Source: Lama glama
Lineage: Eukaryota
Direction: 5' to 3'
Assembly: GCA_028534125.1 (NCBI GenBank)
Contig: CM052818.1
Location: forward strand, 16,804,001-16,868,000
DNA: 64,000 nucleotides
Shown here in pieces: positions 60,843 to 64,000 of the stretch. How positions within the stretch are numbered: position 1 is the stretch's first letter; every line of letters begins with the position of its first letter. The position numbers and the translations under genes are program-made. The notes under the pieces are model-generated. The model saw only the letters and a program-made list of their open reading frames with translations, did not search any database and was not told where the DNA came from.

Positions 60843-63129
60843 TCTTAAGGCATTCACTAGGCCAAGTGTATACAGAAGGATGGGGAAGAGATAAACTGAT
60901 ACTTCCTCAACTGACCATCCGGAAAGGAGAACTGTTGCCAAAATGCAAATAAAACATTGTCAGTGAGTTTTCCCTAATTTTTGACCTGTACTTATAATAT
61001 CAAGCAGGAAAAAATGAGCACAAACATTAGCATTAGTCTACAATTGTAATTCCTTAACAATAAATTATGACAATATTTCTATAAATAGAAGTTTTAAGAC
61101 TCTGTTTCTGTAATTCTTGTTAAACCTGAACAATAACTGCAAATTATCTTTGGTTTGGGGGAAATGCAGTTAAATTACCTTGTTAAAAGAAACTGTAAAG
61201 GAGCAATTTAATTATATTTACTCTACAGTTCATATCATTATACACTTTTGTGGAAGAATTGTTTTTTAAAAAGTACATCTTGTTATGTAGTCAAATTTTT
61301 TTTCCTTGAGATTTGGAAATATATGTGTGCCTTGTAAAATTAATTGCTGTCAAGGCTTTTTTCAGAAAATTATTCTTTTTAACTTTATCCATTCTTATGA
61401 CCCTTGCCCAGGAGAAATAACTTTTTTGTCTGTAGGAGTATTTAGTTCGACCTAAAAATGTAGCCAAAGTGCTATTTGAAATACTCTGGAGACATCTGAC
61501 TTGTATAATTCACATGTTCTGCCATACTTATATATTAGCTTGATGTTGCATTTACCTGATAGATCATTCTCATTAAAATAATCATATGAAGGCATATCTC
61601 TCCAGCAGACCGGAAAAAAACTGTTTAAAGTCATTCTGGTCTGTTGAATTTGGGAGCTTGAGAATACTTTTAAGCAAATCTAGCTAAATAAATGTGCACC
61701 CTGGAGAGCAGAATGGCTTTTTGTTTTTAATCCTTAAAAGGTCCTTTAATTTCTTCACAGTTCTCCGTCTGTCCCCTCTCAGCCATTTCCCTTCAGTGAA
61801 CAAACATTTGTACAATGTCAGTGAAGTAAAAACCCCCCATTGATTTCAATGAGCCATCTAGGCAGGTGTTTAAAATAGAGTCCCAAGAACTCCCTATATG
61901 GTCTTAGTAAGGGCAGTGAGCATCTAGCAAGGACTCAGTGCTTTTACCAGTCAGAACCTTGACATTACCTGGGACGGAAAGAGGACCCTTGGTTTAGGTA
62001 GAGAGTGCACTCTCTGTCTCTTAGGGGTGTATGCTGAGGAGATGCCAAAGCGAAGTTAAATATGCCTCTGAAACTCAGGGCACAGGGTGGAATTCCTGGG
62101 AGAATTAGGCAAATTTCTGTACTGAAATGAAAATTTTAAAGGCAGTTCCTTTCAGTTATCTAAAAAGTAATGATACAAACAAATAGCTTGAGAAAGTTTA
62201 GGAAACAGGCAGTGCTCCACACTGCACTATCAGTTACTGGTGATTGTGCCAGGAGAGACTCCTTCTGTTCATCCCTCTGAACTTCAAGGAGTCAAAGAAC
62301 CATAGCTCAGTTTTTTTCTTCCTGTGTAAAGTGCATTTGTAACTGATTGGAATTTTCTGGAGTACTGTGAATTGGCTTTATTCGCTGAGTTCCATAAATT
62401 GTAATACTGACCCAGTTTTGATTTGTTTTAACTATAACCATTCCATCATTAACCAGTATTATCCCTTTCCCAGTGCTGACCAGTCCTGGCATTCTCTTTG
62501 CCCTTAAGGAGATTTGTGAATTGTAAACATATTATGCATGGTACTAAATGAGATTGGGGACGGTAAACAGCTTGAAAACTTGAACCATCTAGCATAATGA
62601 TAACCATAGATGCTGCAAGAAAATGACCTTTTGCTTAAAACAATTCACCTTCTGTCAGAGCGGATTGCTATTGGTTTTCTTTGGAAAATTTAACTCCGTT
62701 GCCTGGTCAGTTACCTCAAGAAAAATATTTCTTCATCGGATAATAACATTTAATTAATCAATTTAACTGCAAAAAAAGCTGTCATTAGAAAGTATACAAT
62801 TCATAATAATTAATTCAGGTTCATTTCATTTTGAGAGTAGGAAAAAAACTAAGGAAATATTTTATTTCACATTAACTGAAACTCTAATATAGATATAAAT
62901 CATTCCTTATGCAGTCATTAGCCACAGTTTCAATGGGGTGAAATTCTTCCTACCTTTCTGTAATACTCAACTGCAGAAATCTTTATGTTCTTGGATATTT
63001 AATTTACATATTAAATTTGATTCTGAGGACATAATTCTGTAGAAACATAATTAGAAATAAGGAGTGAGAGACAAACCAAAACTGCAGGAATGTTAGGAGG
63101 TGACTCATATTAGGAAATGAAAAAAAATC

Positions 63130-63560
63130 TAAAATGCTCATTTTGAAGTAAAGTTGATTTGAAGTTCATTTTCTTCCAGCCACTAGTTCTGCAATTTCTG
63201 GCAAATTATTTAATCTTCAGTTTCCTTATCTGTATACTTGGTATTATGTAATACCCCTTCTTAGATTATTCCTAAGAGTAAATGAGTTAACATAAATATG
63301 CTGAGTACCTGGCCCATAATAAGCACCCAAAAAGCATTTGATGGTATTTTTTGGAATTAAAAAAAATGAGGCCACATACAGTGGACAGGGATAGAATAAT
63401 ACAAATGAATAAATACGTGGTTTCTGGAGCCAGATAGACTTGTATTAAATCCAGGTGGGCTCCTTGCTCCCTTGCTTTGTGACCATGGGGGTGCTGTGTA
63501 ACTTCGCCAAGACTCAATTTCCTCACCTGTAAAACTGAGATGATGAAACAAACCACTATT
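63130..63560 (+). mobile_element. Two MIR fragments
   Basis: cttcagtttccttatctgtat...aaatgagttaacataaat...cctggcccataataagcacc; tctggagccagatagact...ctcaatttcctcacctgtaaaactgagatg. Confidence 0.7.
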
Positions 63561-63878
63561 TTACAATTAGTGTTGGTTTCCTCTCTCTGAAAAAGACAGT
63601 ATTTCTATTCTTTAGTAATGGTTTCACCTGTCCCTGGACCCTACAACTGCAGTCACTCACTTGGCGTAGGAGGTGAACCAGACAGCTTGGCCTGCAGCTT
63701 TAAGCCAGGCTCTGCAAACACGAGCCAGGGACTGTGAAACGGAGGACAGTTACTCCCACTCCTTCTATTTTTTTCTCTTAGAGATGAAATGAAATGCCTT
63801 TAATATTTTTTTCACTTTTTCTTTTACTGTGTCTGGGAGAGTAAGGGACCAGTTTCCCTCTAATCATTCATATTTATT

Positions 63879-63910
63879 CTCTCTCTCTCTCTCTGTCTCT
63901 CTCTCTCTCA
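63879..63910 (+). repeat. (CT)n microsatellite
   Basis: Direct reading. Confidence 0.9.
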
Positions 63911-64000
63911 TTTCAAAAGAACAAGCAAGCATAAATTCTTGGAGCCTTTCTACGTAGTAGAACTCAAAGCCAGACACTGGACTAAGTAGTAATTACCCGT

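Larger units (their letters stand above)
1..64000 (+). other. NRXN1: Internal segment of the NRXN1 (alpha) transcription unit: end of the intron preceding SS1, the SS1 microexon cluster, and the 5' part of the large intron before the LNS2 exon
   Basis: Three in-order microexons on the + strand. No other NRXN1 coding exon was recognised. NRXN1 is known to have very long introns on both sides of SS1. Confidence 0.88.

Noticed and set aside
414..63556. All remaining 60-130 aa ORFs
   Set aside because: Short, compositionally biased and often in repeats or microsatellites, with no recognisable domains. Only the parts of ORFs 4902-5138 and 4924-5166 overlapping microexons are meaningful.

Overview
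Mammalian, AT-rich, almost entirely intronic DNA. The window lies inside the neurexin-1 gene (NRXN1, + strand). It contains the three alternatively spliced microexons of alpha-neurexin splice site 1 (SS1): 18 nt at 5035-5052 (EDNNVE), 30 nt at 8293-8322 (GLAHLMMGDQ) and 12 nt at 9088-9099 (GKSK). The rest is the start of the very long downstream intron; I did not find the LNS2 exon (GKEEYIATF...) in the window. Two young tRNA-derived SINEs resemble the camelid Vic-1 family, which suggests a camel/alpaca-type genome (inference). From about 12 kb onward the sequence is a normal mosaic of L2, MIR, MaLR/ERV LTRs, L1 and microsatellites, and there is a 500-N assembly gap at 11211-11710. No prokaryote-type system (CRISPR, operon) is present, and the supplied ORFs are spurious or L1 remnants. 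The most interesting signal is extra splice architecture around SS1. There is (i) an in-frame 30/21-nt candidate microexon (VLIEYILNVD) with a perfect donor, too close to the 18-nt exon to be co-included; (ii) a candidate exon with a perfect TACTAAC branch point and two acceptors/two donors (15-nt in-frame ERYQT, or 22/37-nt frameshifting forms); (iii) candidate alternative terminal exons that would give a short secreted LNS1-EGF1 neurexin; (iv) recursive-splice-like AG|GT junctions; and (v) dense RBFOX/NOVA/SRRM4-type motifs. These are sequence-based predictions needing RNA-seq confirmation. Repeat boundaries and subfamily names are approximate, from visual recognition.
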